Below are positions 46,096-46,150 of a DNA stretch of 46,150 nucleotides, one piece after another. Source of the stretch: a virus (taxonomy: Duplodnaviria > Caudoviricetes). The translations under genes were made by a program, and so were the position numbers. Within the stretch, counting starts at the first letter, position 1, and each line of letters begins with the position of its first letter. The stretch covers positions 1 through 46,150 of IMG/VR virus record IMGVR_UViG_3300046063_000004. One strand, written 5' to 3'. The notes below the pieces were generated by a model. It made no database searches. It had not been told where the DNA came from and saw only the letters and a program-made list of their open reading frames with translations.

Positions 46096-46150
46096 GATGG
46101 ACCGACGCGCAAAACGCCTGGCGAACACTGGAGAGGAAGGTGCCGCTAAG
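46096..46150. repeat. 55-bp terminal direct repeat, copy 2
   Basis: Identical to 1-55. Confidence 0.95.

Noticed and set aside
46096-46150. Terminal repeat as a biological DTR
   Set aside because: It is exactly 55 bp and falls in the middle of an ORF, so it is best explained as assembler overlap of a circular contig.
1-46150. Integrase/lysogeny module, reverse transcriptase/DGR, DNA modification genes
   Set aside because: No tyrosine or serine recombinase, ParA, RT, methyltransferase or PurZ-like motifs were recognised in any ORF.

Overview
The window is very probably a complete, circularly assembled genome (~46.1 kb) of a high-GC tailed dsDNA phage. Bases 1-55 are repeated exactly at 46096-46150, and one ORF reads through the junction. 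The host is likely Gram-positive and probably actinobacterial (inference from GC content, strong AAAGGRG ribosome-binding sites and an amidase endolysin). Two arms diverge from a non-coding control region (~1500-2430) and converge at ~19130. The + arm has about 16 small early genes behind three SigA-type promoters, then an RHH/HTH regulator, Prim-Pol/helicase, SNF2 helicase, family A DNA polymerase, Cas4-like exonuclease, Sak4-like ATPase, DUF669-like SSB and VRR-NUC. The - arm carries tail/receptor-binding genes, TerS, a split TerL, portal, a lysis cassette, scaffold, capsid, two adaptors, a nozzle and three ejection-type proteins, which is a podovirus-like set with no tape measure. I saw no integrase, tRNA or CRISPR array. 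The most unusual observations are: (1) TerL is split into ATPase and nuclease genes in the same frame, with a small unrelated gene between them and an in-frame 14-bp direct repeat bracketing the insert. (2) Short A/T-third-position codon islands sit on or beside conserved catalytic motifs of six replication/packaging enzymes. (3) Five divergent copies of one uncharacterised ~95-aa domain occur among the early genes. (4) A GTGTCCGTAATC element recurs at early gene boundaries. (5) Large structured intergenic regions flank the regulator gene. (6) PolA has a Cys-rich insertion in the thumb region. All product calls come from motif recognition by eye; no database search was run.
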